A stretch of DNA of 58,196 bases, filler included, from Sphacelaria rigidula (GCA_964200075.2; 9 parts of 9 records of this genome joined end to end with filler, not necessarily neighbours in it); one strand, 5' to 3'; counted from the whole stretch's first letter, positions 22,853 to 36,115 are shown. The notes: generated from the letters alone by a model not told the origin. Made by a program: numbers and translations.

Positions 22853-25800
22853 TTGTCAAACGTATCGGGCCGTTTCAGCGTTCCAATAAAATACATTGAA
22901 AGGAGTATGTACCAGTTTTACAATATTTTCACGGGTCAGTTTAAGTGAAGGATACGGTAGCTGCTGTATCCTTAAGAGGCAAGACATTCGGTTGGCGTCC
23001 TTCTGTCGTGGGTAATTTGATAAATCAGCGTCAGGGGAAACCACGCATTGCCCAATTTATCTCGCATTCAGGTGATTCATCTGCTTTTTGTCCAACCTCT
23101 AGGAACACCAGAAGCTGATACAGAAAGACTGTCGAACAAGACCAGGATGATCGTGTTTTGCCTCATCAGCACAACGCCACGTCCTGCTTCCACGGGATAC
23201 ATTTTCGCGCCGCGACAGCGTCGCTCTGCGAGCACGTGCCTACCGCTCAACCCTCGAGTTGTATCACTCGCCGCTTTGGCATCTTTGTACACACAAAGTC
23301 AGCCGAAAACTTTTGCCGTGTATCCATTGAGATCTGGCGTGGTCTGGAGGCAAGTCGGTGCAATTTGATCTTCCTTTTTATACTTCCCACGTGAGCTCGG
23401 TCACTGATTTGCGGTCAACTCCTGCTAATCCATGAAGACAGCCTATGCACATGATTACTCCGACCCCGTTAGCAGTACTACTCCCCACCATAGTCTACTT
23501 AGACTCGACAGACTGACCACATGTAGCAGCTCGGTTTCTCGAGTCTGGAGTATCGCCGTCGCCCCCGTCCCCCTCCCTGTATGGCTGAAAGTAAATCGGA
23601 GGAGAGGGCTGGAGGACGTGGCGAATTGCACGAGCACGGTTACATTACCTGCGAAACCCTGACACCATCGAGGTCACTGTACGATTCGGGTTAGCATTCC
23701 AAGTGCAAGGAGAGACTGTGCGTACAAACACATGCTCGAGTACCGAACGGCTGTATGCAATCAGTGAGGTCAAATAGTGAAGCGAAAGGCAGGGACCAGC
23801 GGCGCGGAAGATGCCGAAAACATAAATAACTCTTCTTGGCGAAGAGACGAAGCACGTTGAGGAAGCGGTGACGCTCGCCCGACCAACCTGCTGCCGCCGT
23901 ACTGACGACGGTATCTCCTGACGATCTTCTCTTGACTCCGCGCGCCCTTTATGTTTTGCGGTCATCATGTCCTGTGCAAGTACGCTACACTGCTACGGCT
24001 GTCACAAATCAAAATCTTCACACGTAACCTGAGTAATCATGAGAATGCGGACGACCGTGCGCTCGTAAAAAGATGCATGTAAGTCACTGCTACACGCAAC
24101 GGATCCGCCACCCACTTTGTTTCTGTCATGGAACATTCCCGGGGTGCCTTCGTGCCCACTCACGGCTTCCCACACGGCTAGCCCAACGCTTTCTCCAATC
24201 CTCACTGCGGACGCGAGCACGTTGTCGGAGCGGCGGTGTTTCGCAACGCAAGTACGCTGCATGCAACACAGTGTACCACACAGCGGGTTGGGGGCGAGGG
24301 GGGGGGCGGGGTTGTTGGGCACTGCTACTGAAGTAAAGGACTCCGCATTACAAGTTCGTTTGTGGGGGCAGGAGAGCGGAGGGTTCAGACACTCCCTTTT
24401 TTTTGCACTACGGTCAAGGCATAAGATGATTTGATAAACCGCGCGTGGCGATGAGACCGCACGTTAAAGATGGACAGAACGTTGTTGTGAATGTTTTGCG
24501 GGCGAGGGTGAGGGCAGGGGAGGATCACTCCTAGCTCTGATTGAATTTCGCGAGCGTTGAGCTCTCGCTCAGAATCATTCAGGCGGGTCTCACGTTCGAG
24601 ACACCACGAAATGGCTTCTTGAATCAGTTGTTGGGGCATCATTCCCACAAGCAGGTGCAACCTCCGAGGCAAATGGTTGAGACAACAAACAGACCCCTAG
24701 CAAAGGATCGACACAGGCGGTGTTGTGCGTTTCTGTGTCGACAGCAAACCCTGCCAACCAGCGTGTTATGAACTAGTCGTAACTGCGAGAAGACAGAATA
24801 CATTTGTTGACTGTCGGGCTCGACGCGGTACGGAATGTACGAAATACGGGTTCTATCAGCTCAGATTGATACGCACAACACAACGGACGACATTTTTGTA
24901 CTTGCCTCGTGAAGTAAACGATTCTTTCTTGCAGAGGCACTCCATTAGGTGCACGCTACACTTATGAGAGAAGTGTTTGTGGAATTGGAGTCCTGTTGCT
25001 GGACGTCAACGGGCAGGCCAACCTACTGCATTCCTGTGCCCCATACTTCTCGCCTGATTTCTAAGCCAGCAGCTCTGTTTTCTTTTCCCACCTCATGATC
25101 AGGAAGGAGCGCCAATATCGCTTGCGTTACGTCTGCGATATCTTTTCCTTCCTTTTGTGACTGCACCTCTTTCACACCTGGAGTTGCTCGCAACGCAACA
25201 GACACGGCAGGAGATATCCGTGCAGCAGAGGCAATAAGGCAGAGGATGAGAGACAGCTCGCCGCGGAGAGCTTAGTCCCAACGGTTGTGTGTACATTGCG
25301 GTAGCATTGGAAGCCTGCGTGACGTTAGTATTATCATGAACCCGCGAGGGGCTATTGCAGACTGCAACAGATAAACACCTGCTATGCCCAACTAAGGCTG
25401 CTGAAAAGCACAGCAATAAACCCGCTGTGTGAAGTACATGGACAAAATCGTTCAATTGCGATATGCCCCAATTGACTCTCCGATACAAAACGTCAACTAC
25501 AGAGTAAATCTCTTCGACATGCACCAGCACAAGGGAGATCAATACCGAGCTCAGAGAGTCCAAAGTGATTAGAAACGTCTTTTCTGGTGCAGCGGTAGAG
25601 CGCTTGTGCTGCTAGTTACGTTTTCCCGACGGTACTAAACGATTCCACGCGAATATCCACCCCACCAAAGGCCCCCTTTTATCCCATCTGCCCCGAGCGC
25701 GAAATTCGAAATAGCTCCGCTGTGGAGGTGGGGCCATGATGATATACTTCCTCTGTCCCATAAGTAAAGTCCGTTATGTTTATACGAGCCCTTAACGGTG

Positions 25801-27369
25801 TCCGATTTGATTNNNNNNNNNNNNNNNNNNNNNNNNNNNNNNNNNNNNNNNNNNNNTTAATTAATTAANNNNNNNNNNNNNNNNNNNNNNNNNNNNNNNN
25901 NNNNNNNNNNNNGACCACGCATCCCTTTCGAGACGGAGCACCGTTCCTACTCCTAATAGAGACACCTCCAACATTCTGGCGCTCATCCTAGTGTGTGTGG
26001 GAGGGGGGGTATCAGATACTTCACACTTTTTTGCGCCGTCAAAAGGTAGCCTTGTTCTCGTGATTCTGAATGCGCTGCTGCTTCCGTGCCAGTAATGTTG
26101 AGTATCCATATTGTTCTCAGTTTTCCGTTCTGTTTTATTCATTACCTTCTCGGCACCGGGTGCCAGGTGCCAGAGGTCGACACAAGTTCGAATGGTCGTT
26201 GAAAATAGGCAGAAATGACTGCTTTGCTTGAATAATATACCGTCAAGGGTTCAGGTTATTGAGCCACGAAATACTGTACAGCTTTGTGTCATTTGGGAGG
26301 AACTCTCGTAACTACCTCTTATCCTCCAAAGGAGGATGAGGGAGAGGCTCAGAAGGAATCGGTGTGACTATCTATGACGCTTTGAGTGGTCGTAGTTCAG
26401 TATATCCCCAGACAGGTGGATCATATCGGACTATTATCTTGTGGGCGCGACTGGATCCCTTGGGAATCACTTCATCATCGGCCATCGCTTAATTACTCAA
26501 CCAGTTTTAGGAAAACAACTGATTGAATAAAACGTTCCTCTCAGTCAGGCCCCACATACACAAAGTGTAGCGATGACAACCGGGCTATTCAGGCACATAA
26601 ATAGATCGGGTACGCAACGCAATACGGGCAGTTGCACGCAGCGTCATATTGCCGTGTTCTCCCCTGCATCTGCGCGCATGTTCGTGCTTTCACGCGGTAA
26701 GAGAATTCCCTCAGCAACAAGACTTGGGCCAAGACAGCGTTGAGTTCCAGATCAAATGAAAGTGAGTCTGTTCGAGGCCGTGATGGCATGAATCTACCTG
26801 TGTTGTTGTGGCTGGTACCGACACCATTGCTCAATTTCAAAATTCCTGGTAACTCGAAAGCTCGGTACGGACTTACGACCAATCGTCGGTGTTATACCCA
26901 CGCTCCTTCTTGCTTCTTTCTGGATGTTTCGCAAGTTTGAAAATAACAAAAAATGGACGTGCTACATGAAAGGCGTCCACGTACGACAACACAGAAAACA
27001 TAACGTCTCTTACACTCCGCAGTGAATGTGTCCGGCATTCGTGCGATATCTTCTGTCGATCTGGAAACATTCTTCAAACGTTTTGCAAGTGGTATAGCCT
27101 TGAAGTTCGGCACGCATTTCTCCAAGCGCTGGCAGAAATTTGCTAGTTCAGAACAACGTTTCCATACTTGAGCATGTGTTTGCGAGAGTAGAACAATATA
27201 TTCAAACGCCGGTATATTTTTGTCAGCTTAGCAAGGGGTGTAGCAGCAAATTACCATAGCCCGCTATTGTATGTGCGCCTTTGCACCGTTAACCAAGGGC
27301 CGCTCCCGACCAACGTTTCCACCAAGGATTTCCAGTAGGGATTTTCACCGCTGGAATATGTCACGGTAA

Positions 27370-28075
27370 AAACGACGGGACGAACGGATTTTCACGTCCC
27401 GTCCAACCTTTTCTCAGGGGGCGGACTTCCCGTTCCATCCCGTCCCGTCCCGCCACGATATGATCCCAAACGTCCCGTCCCGTCCCGTCCCGCCGTGGTT
27501 TCAACTCTTCCCGAACGCCTTGTCCCTCACCGTCGTGTTTTCGAATAATACAAGGCCTTGACGATGGGTTGCATTGTCAAAACGTATACTGCGTACAGTA
27601 TGGAAATTATCACCTATTGCAGTAGACGGAATAGTCAACACTGTACGCGGTACGCTTTGCTATAATGTAATACATTGTCCAGGATGTGAAATCTTCTCAA
27701 ACGTCCCGTCCCGCCCTGTCGTGTTTTCAAATATTCCACACCCTGGACAACGGATTACATTGTCAACACGTATACTGCGTACAGTATGGAATATATTGCG
27801 TATTGCAATAGACGCAATAGTCAATACTGCGCGCGGTACACGCTTTGATAATGTCATCTACTGTCCAGCATGTGAAATCTTCCCAACGTCCCATCCCGCC
27901 CGGTCGTGTTTCACGGGCGAAAATTCCGTCTCGTAATTAATGTGGCGAAGGGAAAATTTATCATCCCATTTCTCACCAGTTTTCTACACAACAGGATTTT
28001 TGTTCTCGCCCCGTCGCGTAGCCTTTGAGAGAACGGGAATATCGTCCTGTTCCGCCCCGTCTTCCCGTGGGGAGC
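27370..28075. repeat. Composite repeat: (CCCGT)n motifs plus two tandem about 185-bp units
   Basis: CGTATACTGCGTACAGTATGGAA...ATTGCA.TAGACG.AATAGTCAA.ACTG..CGCGGTAC occurs twice (about 27570 and 27757). Related sequence lies at about 42790-42935, 53330-53420 and 57780-57900. Confidence 0.75.
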
Positions 28076-28459
28076 CCTGTTCAAACAAAGGAACAAGTAG
28101 TTTTTTCACCGCAAATTCCCGAGTCCGATGACCGCTTTGCGAAAAAACAATTGTACTAGGAAAGATGAAAGTTGCACGAGTAGCTTGGCATCGTAGTGTA
28201 CGTTTCCGTTTTCAATTCAAAGGTGTTCACCGCCCGAAATCATAGCCCTGCCGCTTGTTTAGAGACCGCCGAGTCCCGCACTTCACACAGCATAAGTGTG
28301 ATCTTCCTATTCTCCGGGGAGATGATGGCGGTGCTGAGCGCTGCAGCGTTGTAGATGGGATTTTAGAAACCTCAACATGTCATGGAACTGTTGTTTCTTG
28401 TTTTCCCGATCGAAAAATGGAGAAGCCGATGAAAGTGTCCGGAAGTATCCCACCGTTTA

Positions 28460-28931
28460 GGCCGCTCCGTGCGGCAAATACGAAGAAATCCTGTAAGGAC
28501 GTTTTTTGTCCTTGTTCGCCGTTTTACGCGTTGAAAGAGAGCTAGGCGGAGTTTGACACCTTGGAATGACTGGATCTACCCGTTGACATGGTTCCAGGAT
28601 ATCTTCGCGTTTGCCGGTGGCCGCAGTTTTGTTATTGGCCAAACTTGCATTTTTGTCTGAGAACGGTCAAGAACAGTCATAGCTACTGTAGAGGGATAAT
28701 GTCATTTTTCTCTGGCCTTGATAGTTTCTGGACAAAAGTTCTTGCTTGGCCAAAGTAGAAACTGCGGTCACTGGCAAAACGCGAACATGTCCCGGAATCG
28801 CCTCAACGAGTGGAGCAAGTCATTCATGGGTGTCAAACCCCGCCTAGCTCTCTTTTAGGGCGTATAACGACGGATAAGGACCAAAAAAGTGTCTGTACAC
28901 GACATCTATTTGTTTTCCACAAGGAGCGGCC
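28460..28931. mobile_element. Foldback MITE family D (Tourist/PIF-Harbinger-like)
   Basis: Termini GGCCGCTCC / GGAGCGGCC flanked by TTA and TTG. Long internal arms pair (GAGAGCTAGGCGG.GTTTGACACC / GGTGTCAAAC.CCGCCTAGCTCTC). A homologous copy lies at 50702-51178. Confidence 0.8.
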
Positions 28932-29217
28932 TTGTAGGGTCGTTATTAACGGGGGGTGGGGGGGGGATCAGGCTTTTCAGAATTTTGTAGCAAGTTCTCC
29001 GACGTGCCAAAAAAATATATAAACACAATCAAACGCTATAGCAGGTTGTCCGAGTAATATATGGTCAGTCTAGAGTGCCCAATTTCTTGACCTGGTCTAG
29101 AAAAGTATTGTCACATTTTTCGGGGAGGGAGATCTTTTCCGAATAAGTTGGAAGAGTCCGAAAAAATAGCTCCGTCAAAAACGACCCTTGGAAGAGAGGC
29201 CTGAGTTGTTGAGTTAG

Positions 29218-29423
29218 ATACTTTCTACGATACCCCCCCCCCCCCAAATCAGCTAAAAGTGTCACGAAAAAATGGCCATACAGCGCCTCATGTCCGGGTT
29301 CAGGCCGCATGAAGCACCTCATATTGGCGACATTGGCTAGAATGAACCCAAGCGTGGGAATTCCNNNNNNNNNNTGGGCCGGTCTGTGCCCTTTTGGGGG
29401 GGGGGGCTATCGTAGAAAGTGTC
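29218..29423 (+). mobile_element. MITE family B copy with both TIRs (contains a 10-N gap)
   Basis: GATACTTTCTACGATA-C-run pairs with G-run-CTATCGTAGAAAGTGTC. Confidence 0.75.
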
Positions 29424-29594
29424 GTTAGAAGCTCTTGCTCACATATCATTCTGCGCTGATTGGTGCACCCAAAACCGATTCCCCGCGTGCTCTATTCTCT
29501 CGTGTTTGTGTTGCTGTCTTGCCCAGGAGATGGTCATCTTAGGAACGATGTTGGAAAATAATGGTATGTTCCCGCTCACCCAGGGGTCGGAATA

Positions 29595-29775
29595 ATTCAC
29601 ACCTTGGACAATATATGTTCAATAGTTTCAATAGACAAGAAACGTACTGCATAAAGTTTAGGCCTATTGCGGCTATTGTCGGCCGGCAATAGTTGCAATA
29701 GGTCCATACTTTATGCAGTACACTTCTCGTCTGTTGAATCTATTGACCATATGTTGTCCAGGGTGTGGAATAATC
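29595..29775. repeat. Imperfect hairpin (foldback) of about 180 bp
   Basis: CACACC.TGGACAA.ATATG.TCAATAG.TTCAA.AGAC.AGAA..GTACTGCATAAAGT pairs with its reverse complement at 29709-29768. Confidence 0.8.
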
Positions 29776-30921
29776 ATACTCACCCGGGGGAAGGGGAGAG
29801 GGGGAGTTTTTCACACTTCTTCGGCTTTTTCAGCAAATTTTCCGATCAAAGGAAACAGTGCGAAAAAGATCCAACGTAGTTGTCGAGTAGTGTTTGGTCA
29901 GTTTTAAATATTACTCTAGTCCTCGACTTGGCTGAGACATGTGTCGTCACGTTTGTCGGCGACAAAGTTCTTCTTTCCCGGCAAAGTCGCGAAAATGCTG
30001 AGTAAAAACAGCCCCGTTAATAACGACCCCTATCAGAGGTGAAATATGGACAATGCATATATACTTCGTACATATATATATAGATATAGATATATGCATA
30101 CGAGGTGGGCCGGCTTAGACGCGGATTTAAGCTCTCAAAGCAATATCTCATCGACACAGACGAGCTGGGCCGTGATCCGCATATTGTATCAACCGTCTGA
30201 TCCTGGGAAAGGTGCTATGTGCTCAGAAGTCAGGGCCAACTTTTTTTCTGGTTGATTGAAACTTGTGTCAAGTAATTCCTATACTGTACGGAGATAGCGT
30301 CCAAAGTAAATCCTATAGGGAACCCCGAACGATAGATACAGCGTATGATAACAATTTTTGGTGTGGACATTCCCTGGAGCACGGGGAAACGACTGATACC
30401 CTCACTTTTTCCTAAGACGTTATCTGTCTCGAGATATGGCGCACATAAGGTTCCGTACTAAAATCGATATATTTCGAGCAGAGGCACTTAGTGCATTTTT
30501 TTTGCTTTTTTAGGGAAGCTTTGCCGGAAAATGGACAATGCTTTCGGACTTCATCTTAGTTGTTCAGCCCAAGTTTAAGAATTGAGCTTTGAAACGTATC
30601 ATGGAGAATCTCAAAGGCATGCCGAAGAAAAAAGACAATACCCTTTTTTTTTTCGTTGAGCCCTTAGATCTAATTTATTTATTTTTGGAGAGGTATGAGT
30701 GTTCTCGTGAAAATATGGTCTTGACTGTACCACGGGTGCCCAAAACAAAACTCTGAGGCCCTATGTACCTCCCCCCTCCCCTCCCCGGTGAGACACCGAT
30801 GAGGCAGTGTATGAGCCGCTGCTGTCTCTCTAGAAGTGGTGATACCAGAAAAGTAAGCAACTCCTTGTAGGTTGTCATCTAAATGTAAGATAGTCAGTAG
30901 GCTTCGGACCGAACAATCTTA

Positions 30922-31106
30922 GCAGGGTGCAGCTCACCCTTCATGCCACTCGCACTCAATCACCAAGGCGCCTCGCGCTTGGTGGTGGAGTGCGAGCCTG
31001 GTCCGGCGAAAACCCGGCGTGCTCCATCCCGGCTTTGCAGGGATGCGAGGTCAATGTTCTGATGACTATGGCATGCACGATCATGAGTACACCCTCCCCC
31101 CCCCCC
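30922..31106 (-). mobile_element. MITE family A copy
   Basis: Reverse-complement match to 14352-14535. Confidence 0.75.
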
Positions 31107-31789
31107 TTCCGGCGGTCGTAGGATTTTTTTTCACATGAAGAAACACTCAATAAATAGCCATCAGGGGGCAACTTCGGTGAGGTAATATAGCGCCCATGAT
31201 TGTTGGCCCTACATGTACGGTATCTCGTGACGCACGTTGGGCGCAAATTGGCGGTGCAGATAGATGCGTTTAGCTTGACTGAGCAAACATTAATTGCAGA
31301 GCATTGTGGTATTTGTCTGGTCTTGTTCTTGTCGTTTAAGTGTGATGTATTGCCGAAACCCATAAATAAATATAACTTGGCCGTACTTGGCTCCGAAGGT
31401 ATGCGAAGAATTAAAGATTCATGAACATGAATTTTTATTTTTCATGTACCTTTTATCTTTTTATTATTCATGTATGAGATTTAGTGACCTCTCACTGCCC
31501 CTCACCCACCCCCCGAAAAACTCCAGGATTCATAAAAGGGGCATAGGGTCTAGGATTTGGGGGGGAGGACCCTTGTCTTTACGATACTCAAAAGTCCTGA
31601 ACGAGTGAAAATGTATGTATATATATACATCAACATCTCCCACTTTGTATGGTTCGTTATGGCCTAGCGAGGTCCCACACAAAGATTCAAGAGACAAGCA
31701 CCAAACCTTGGCTGGCCAGTAAATGGCCTGGAAACTGTTGTTCCGAATTTTGCCCAGCCCAGTTTCTAAATCGTCCCGTCTCCCCTCAT

Positions 31790-32189
31790 CACACGCGGCC
31801 ATTCGGCTACCCCCATAAACATCCTCTATCGCGATTTTCATCCTCTCGAGGGTAAAGTGACCCCCCGGAGGATAAAAATACCCTCTAGAGTGTAATTCAT
31901 ACTCGGTTCCGGTCATAAAACGAATCCTCTGGAGGGCAACTGATGCTCCAGTGACTTCTGAGGTCTGAATCCCTCGAGAGAAACAAAAAAGATGGTGATC
32001 TAGGGGGCTGCGCATCCTTCAAGTTCCTCGAGAGGGTGCGCGGCCCTCCAGAGGCAAAACAAGCCTCTGGAGGCGTTTGATCTCACCCCTCTGGAGGGCC
32101 GCGCATCCTCTAGAGGCGTTTAATTCCTCTGGAGGCTCGAAAAGTTGACCGGAACAGTATTTTGGTGGGTAGCCGAATGGCCGCGTGTG
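31790..32189. mobile_element. MITE family C copy
   Basis: CACACGCGGCCATTCGGCTACCC ... GGGTAGCCGAATGGCCGCGTGTG forms a perfect 23-bp TIR. Confidence 0.9.
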
Positions 32190-32224
32190 GCAACTTTCGG
32201 AGTCGGACTTCCAAATTTGGTAAG

Positions 32225-32290
32225 AACAGCCAATCATCTATGTTGAGGATGGTGCTTTTGATTGAGGATGAGAACCCGGAGGATTAAAAT
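32225..32290 (+). mobile_element. Terminus of an AACAG-family foldback element (runs off the contig end)
   Basis: Exact reverse complement of 38872-38937 over 66 bp, and similar to 8509-8575. Confidence 0.85.
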
Positions 32291-33570
32291 NNNNNNNNNN
32301 NNNNNNNNNNNNNNNNNNNNNNNNNNNNNNNNNNTTAATTAATTAANNNNNNNNNNNNNNNNNNNNNNNNNNNNNNNNNNNNNNNNNNNNAAAGGTGTTG
32401 TTGGGACAATCCGGCATGGGGGTTTAAATTTTTTGACACAAGCGTAAAAGGGTTGGGGGCCCCCCCCCCCCCCCCGCAATAACAAACTTGGAATAACCTT
32501 TTCTCTCTCTTTTTTTTTCCTTGACTCTGGACAGACCGGAATGCGCGGGTGCTTAAGCGTAAGGCGAGGATGATATCGATGTCAGGGATGGGCGAGGTAA
32601 GGGCGGCGATGAAGGCACGACAATTGAAAAAAAATCTCGACGGGAGTGCTACCGTACTCTTTACGCTAGTGACCTCGTACACGTTGACCAACCCCTCACC
32701 GCCACGTTAAAAACTCCCCTGACCGCTGGGGTTGGTTCAACTGGGTCTTGCTTGGTTCAAAACATATAGATGTCCCACTTGTTTATGCGCACGAAGGGTT
32801 GATGCAGTGCTTTACTCGGCGATACAGCAAGCAAAATCCGACAGTAATCCGCACCATCGCTGTGGAGGAATGTCGGCCAATAACTTGTGCAAAATTTCAC
32901 GAGATATCGATTGACCCGGGTCCAATCTCTGTTGTTTCAGTTTTTTTATAGTATGCCGTGTCTCTGGATGTTTCGTGAAACGTCACACTCCAGGTTGAGG
33001 CGATCCGGCCGAAAAGGGTGAAGATGACCGTCTCGGTGGAAGTCGCCGGAGGTGGCTTTGGTCATCCCGTCTACTCGGAGGAAAAACAGGTGATGGTAAT
33101 TATTTATTCCCTTCCCTTCCTCGACCGGGTGATATATTTATGGATATTCCCTGCAGGATACTCGTAGCTTGATCCCCTAATGCCATCTGGCTAATGGGTC
33201 GGCGAAGGTATTCAGGAAAGCGAAGAAGTGGGGAGGGAAATGCGACCACAACCAACCCCCCACCCCCCCCCCCCCCCGTCTCGAAAAGGATGCGTGGTCA
33301 ACGGTCAAACGACTAAGGCAAGCAACATATGAGTACGCCCCCCGCCCCCCCCTACTCCCCTGCCTCCCTTTTGAGGGTTGGCATCGGCTGGCAACAACGC
33401 TGTAAAATACGCCACTCACTGCGTAAGCTAGGCAACCAGGTTACCGCATTTCCCCCAGTCGCGTTTGTTTTGCCGAAAGCCATGGTGGTGGTTGAGCTAG
33501 ATTATGCTTTGCGGGGGTGGAGAACCCGAACTCCGCACAGAGAGGATAATCGTACCACGTATTGTTGAAA

Positions 33571-34006
33571 TGGTGAGACACCCCTGAGACAGTGTGTAAC
33601 CCGTAGAGGTCTCTGGAAGTGGCGATGCCAGAAAATGAAGCAAGTCATTTTAGGCTGTCATCTAGATGCCCAGGTCATCAGGATGCGCTTCGGGCCGAAC
33701 AATGTTGGCAGCATGTAGCCCACCCTTCATGCGATTTCCCTCATGCATCACGGCGCTTCGCGCTCGGTGATGTCGAGTGTGGTCGGCCGGAAACCCGGCG
33801 TGCTCCGTCCCGGCTTTGGAGGGGTGCAAGGTCAATGTAGGATGCAGCTCATCCCACGTGCGACTCGCTCAACACATGATGACGCTTGGCGCTTGCTGAT
33901 TTACCGCGAGCGTGGTCCGGCGATAACCCGTTGGGTCCCGGCTTTGTAAAGATAGGAGGTCAAGAGTCCTACCACGATGGCATGCAGAATCATGAGTACA
34001 CCCCCC
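33571..34006. repeat. Repeat cluster: copy of 30788-30885 followed by family A fragments
   Basis: GGTGAGACACC..TGAG.CAGTGT...TCTCT.GAAGTGG.GAT.CCAGAAAA...TAGG.TGTCATCTA.ATG is shared with 30788-30885. It is followed by AAACCCGGCGTGCTCC.TCCCGGCTTTG and GCATGCAGAATCATGAGTACACCCCC. Confidence 0.7.
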
Positions 34007-34096
34007 TTGCAGGATGAGCTGTAGATACGACAGCAGTGACGTTAATCACGGTACACTTCCCTCCCCGTCTCCCCCTGACCCGGACATGAAAATCAG

Positions 34097-34253
34097 GTCA
34101 ACATTCGCTCGCGCTTGAAGCTGCTGCAGTTCCACGAGGACTACCGGCCGCCGTATTGGGGTACGTGGTCCAAAACGAGCAGAGACGTGACGGGTAGGCG
34201 GCCACTGGAACGAGATACCTCGGGTGTGCTGAACTACGAGTACGACAGCGAGG
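34097..34253 (+). CDS. CHAF1A: Chromatin assembly factor 1 subunit A (p150/Cac1), exon with the CAF1A domain
   Basis: CAG acceptor and GTAAGT donor. Translates VNIRSRLKLLQFHEDYRPPYWGTWSKTSRDVTGRRPLERDTSGVLNYEYDSEG, matching the KLLQF..xRPxYWGTW...DYE.DS signature of CAF-1 p150. This exon is missing from the ORF track. Confidence 0.93.
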
Positions 34254-35256
34254 GTAAGTTCTAGTATCCTGTACTCCGTATATATATATATATATATTCA
34301 GTTGAAATCTAAAGTCGACTACTCATAAATAACTTCTGTTTTGGGCCACGCACAAGGCGGTCCATTTTTTTTGTCACAAGAAAATACTTTTTTTTCTCTC
34401 CCCCAGAAACAAGAAGAAAAGTGATCATAAGAAAAGCAAATTTCAGGTATAGTATTGCTCCTCTTTCGTAACATATTGCTAAAACAAGACTAACATTTGC
34501 ATTCTGGTCTGCCGGAAAAGATGAGTTACCAGCATGAGAATATATTCATGAAGAGACCACGACTATACCGCACATGAGCAAGGGAATTTATTGTGAACGG
34601 TTTTCTTTTTTCAACGGACACATGGCAGCGGCAGGAAGACTTGGAACGATGATGTGGGGGCCTCGTACGGGGTAGCACCGCCACTTGAGAACCTCGCGTC
34701 TTTATTTGGCATGACGCTGGACTTAATATTTTCTCTGTGGATCATTGAATAGCCATCCACTACATGGATTTGAGAGTGGGGGTCTTGTTCAGGCGTCTTG
34801 ATTCGTGCTAAAGTTGTTGCGGATCGAAAACTTGAAGGAGGGTCAAGTTTTCCTGCCAAGTCAAGTGATGGCGCTAGCTGTACATACCGGAGGAGAATCG
34901 ATGGACGTCGACAGACTGCCGAGGGTGTGTGATCCGATCCATCAAGTTATCGGCATTACAAAAGTGCAAGAGGCCGATTACCGCTGCTAAGAGAAACGAC
35001 CCGCTCATCATGGGGAGGGGGAGGGGAGGTGTGGTGATGATTCTACATGGCGTAATCATATGATCATTGAGCTCGTCTTGAGGAGGGGGCGAAGGAGGGA
35101 TGAGTCCGAAGTACGATATGACTCTTTTTTTTCCCCCAGAAAATCTTTTGAGACGATCCCGCGTCAGGCAAGCTCCCATCTTGTTCTTTTCTGTTGGATT
35201 GATTTTTTTTCCCTTCTTTCTTTCTTTCTTTCTTACTGTATTTTGTTACCTTGCAG

Positions 35257-35342
35257 GTGATTGGGAAGAAGAAGCTCAAGGAGAAGATCTGCTGTCGGAC
35301 GAGGAAGGCGACAAGGAACCGGAGGATAACCTTGACTACAAG
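35257..35342 (+). CDS. CHAF1A: CHAF1A exon (acidic ED domain); probable GC donor
   Basis: TTGCAG acceptor. A phase-1 join gives GDWEEEAQGEDLLSDEEGDKEPEDNLDYK. The exon ends AAG|GCATGT. Confidence 0.85.
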
Positions 35343-35753
35343 GCATGTTTTTTTTCAGATTATCATGATCTTATATTTTTCATTGCAGTGTAACAAACCC
35401 CCAAGGCAGAACAAAATACGTTTGTTTTTGGGCATCACTCGATACGCTCGGGACGGTATCGCTCCGCGAACCGCGCGGCAGTCAGCGCTTGTCTACACAT
35501 GGCAAAACTCTCCAAAAATCCATCCTCGACCCAAAGATACCTCAACCAACACGACAGCCCAATGAGTGAGAGCCCCCCCGCGCCCGCGTCCGCTCCCGCT
35601 CCCCCTAGAAAAAAACAACAACACCCAACAGCAAAACTAACCCAACGATTGCAACAAACATAGCAACGAAAATGACAGCAAATGTAGCTCATGTACATAT
35701 GCCGGATTCAAGATAATTCAAACAACTTCCCCCCCCCCCCCCCGAAAACACAG

Positions 35754-36115
35754 GACGGGTGGCTTCGACAGGACGACGAGTTCAGCGAGGAAGAAATCGA
35801 CCGTTTCGACGCCGCCGAGAAGAACGAGGGCGCCGACGCCGACAACCCACACGGCGTGGCCGCTGGCGTAGGGGCCGGCGTGCGCATCGGTGCCGGCGCC
35901 AGGGCGGCCGGCGGCGGCCAGCAGGCCTTCGTTGCCGCGTTAATGTTTCGGCGAGGACCCGTGTCGGAAGAGGAGGCGCGTGCGGACAGCGCGCTCCGCG
36001 CGTTGCGGGCGTACCGGGCGGTTGCGTGTGGGGATGGAGGGGACGGGGTGGGGGGCAGTGGGAGGTTCGCAAAGTTTCCCATCGCTGCTGTTGAGGCTTT
36101 GGTGGAGAAGCCCAG
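35754..36115 (+). CDS. CHAF1A: CHAF1A exon
   Basis: CAG acceptor and GTGTGT donor. Translates DGWLRQDDEFSEEEIDRF...AVEALVEKP and ends in phase 2. Confidence 0.82.

Larger units (their letters stand above)
28937..30030. mobile_element. TIR element (GGGTCGTTATTAACGGGG) flanked by TA, containing nested repeats
   Basis: TA|GGGTCGTTATTAACGGGG at 28935-28954 pairs with CCCCGTTAATAACGACCCC|TA at 30012-30032. Confidence 0.75.
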
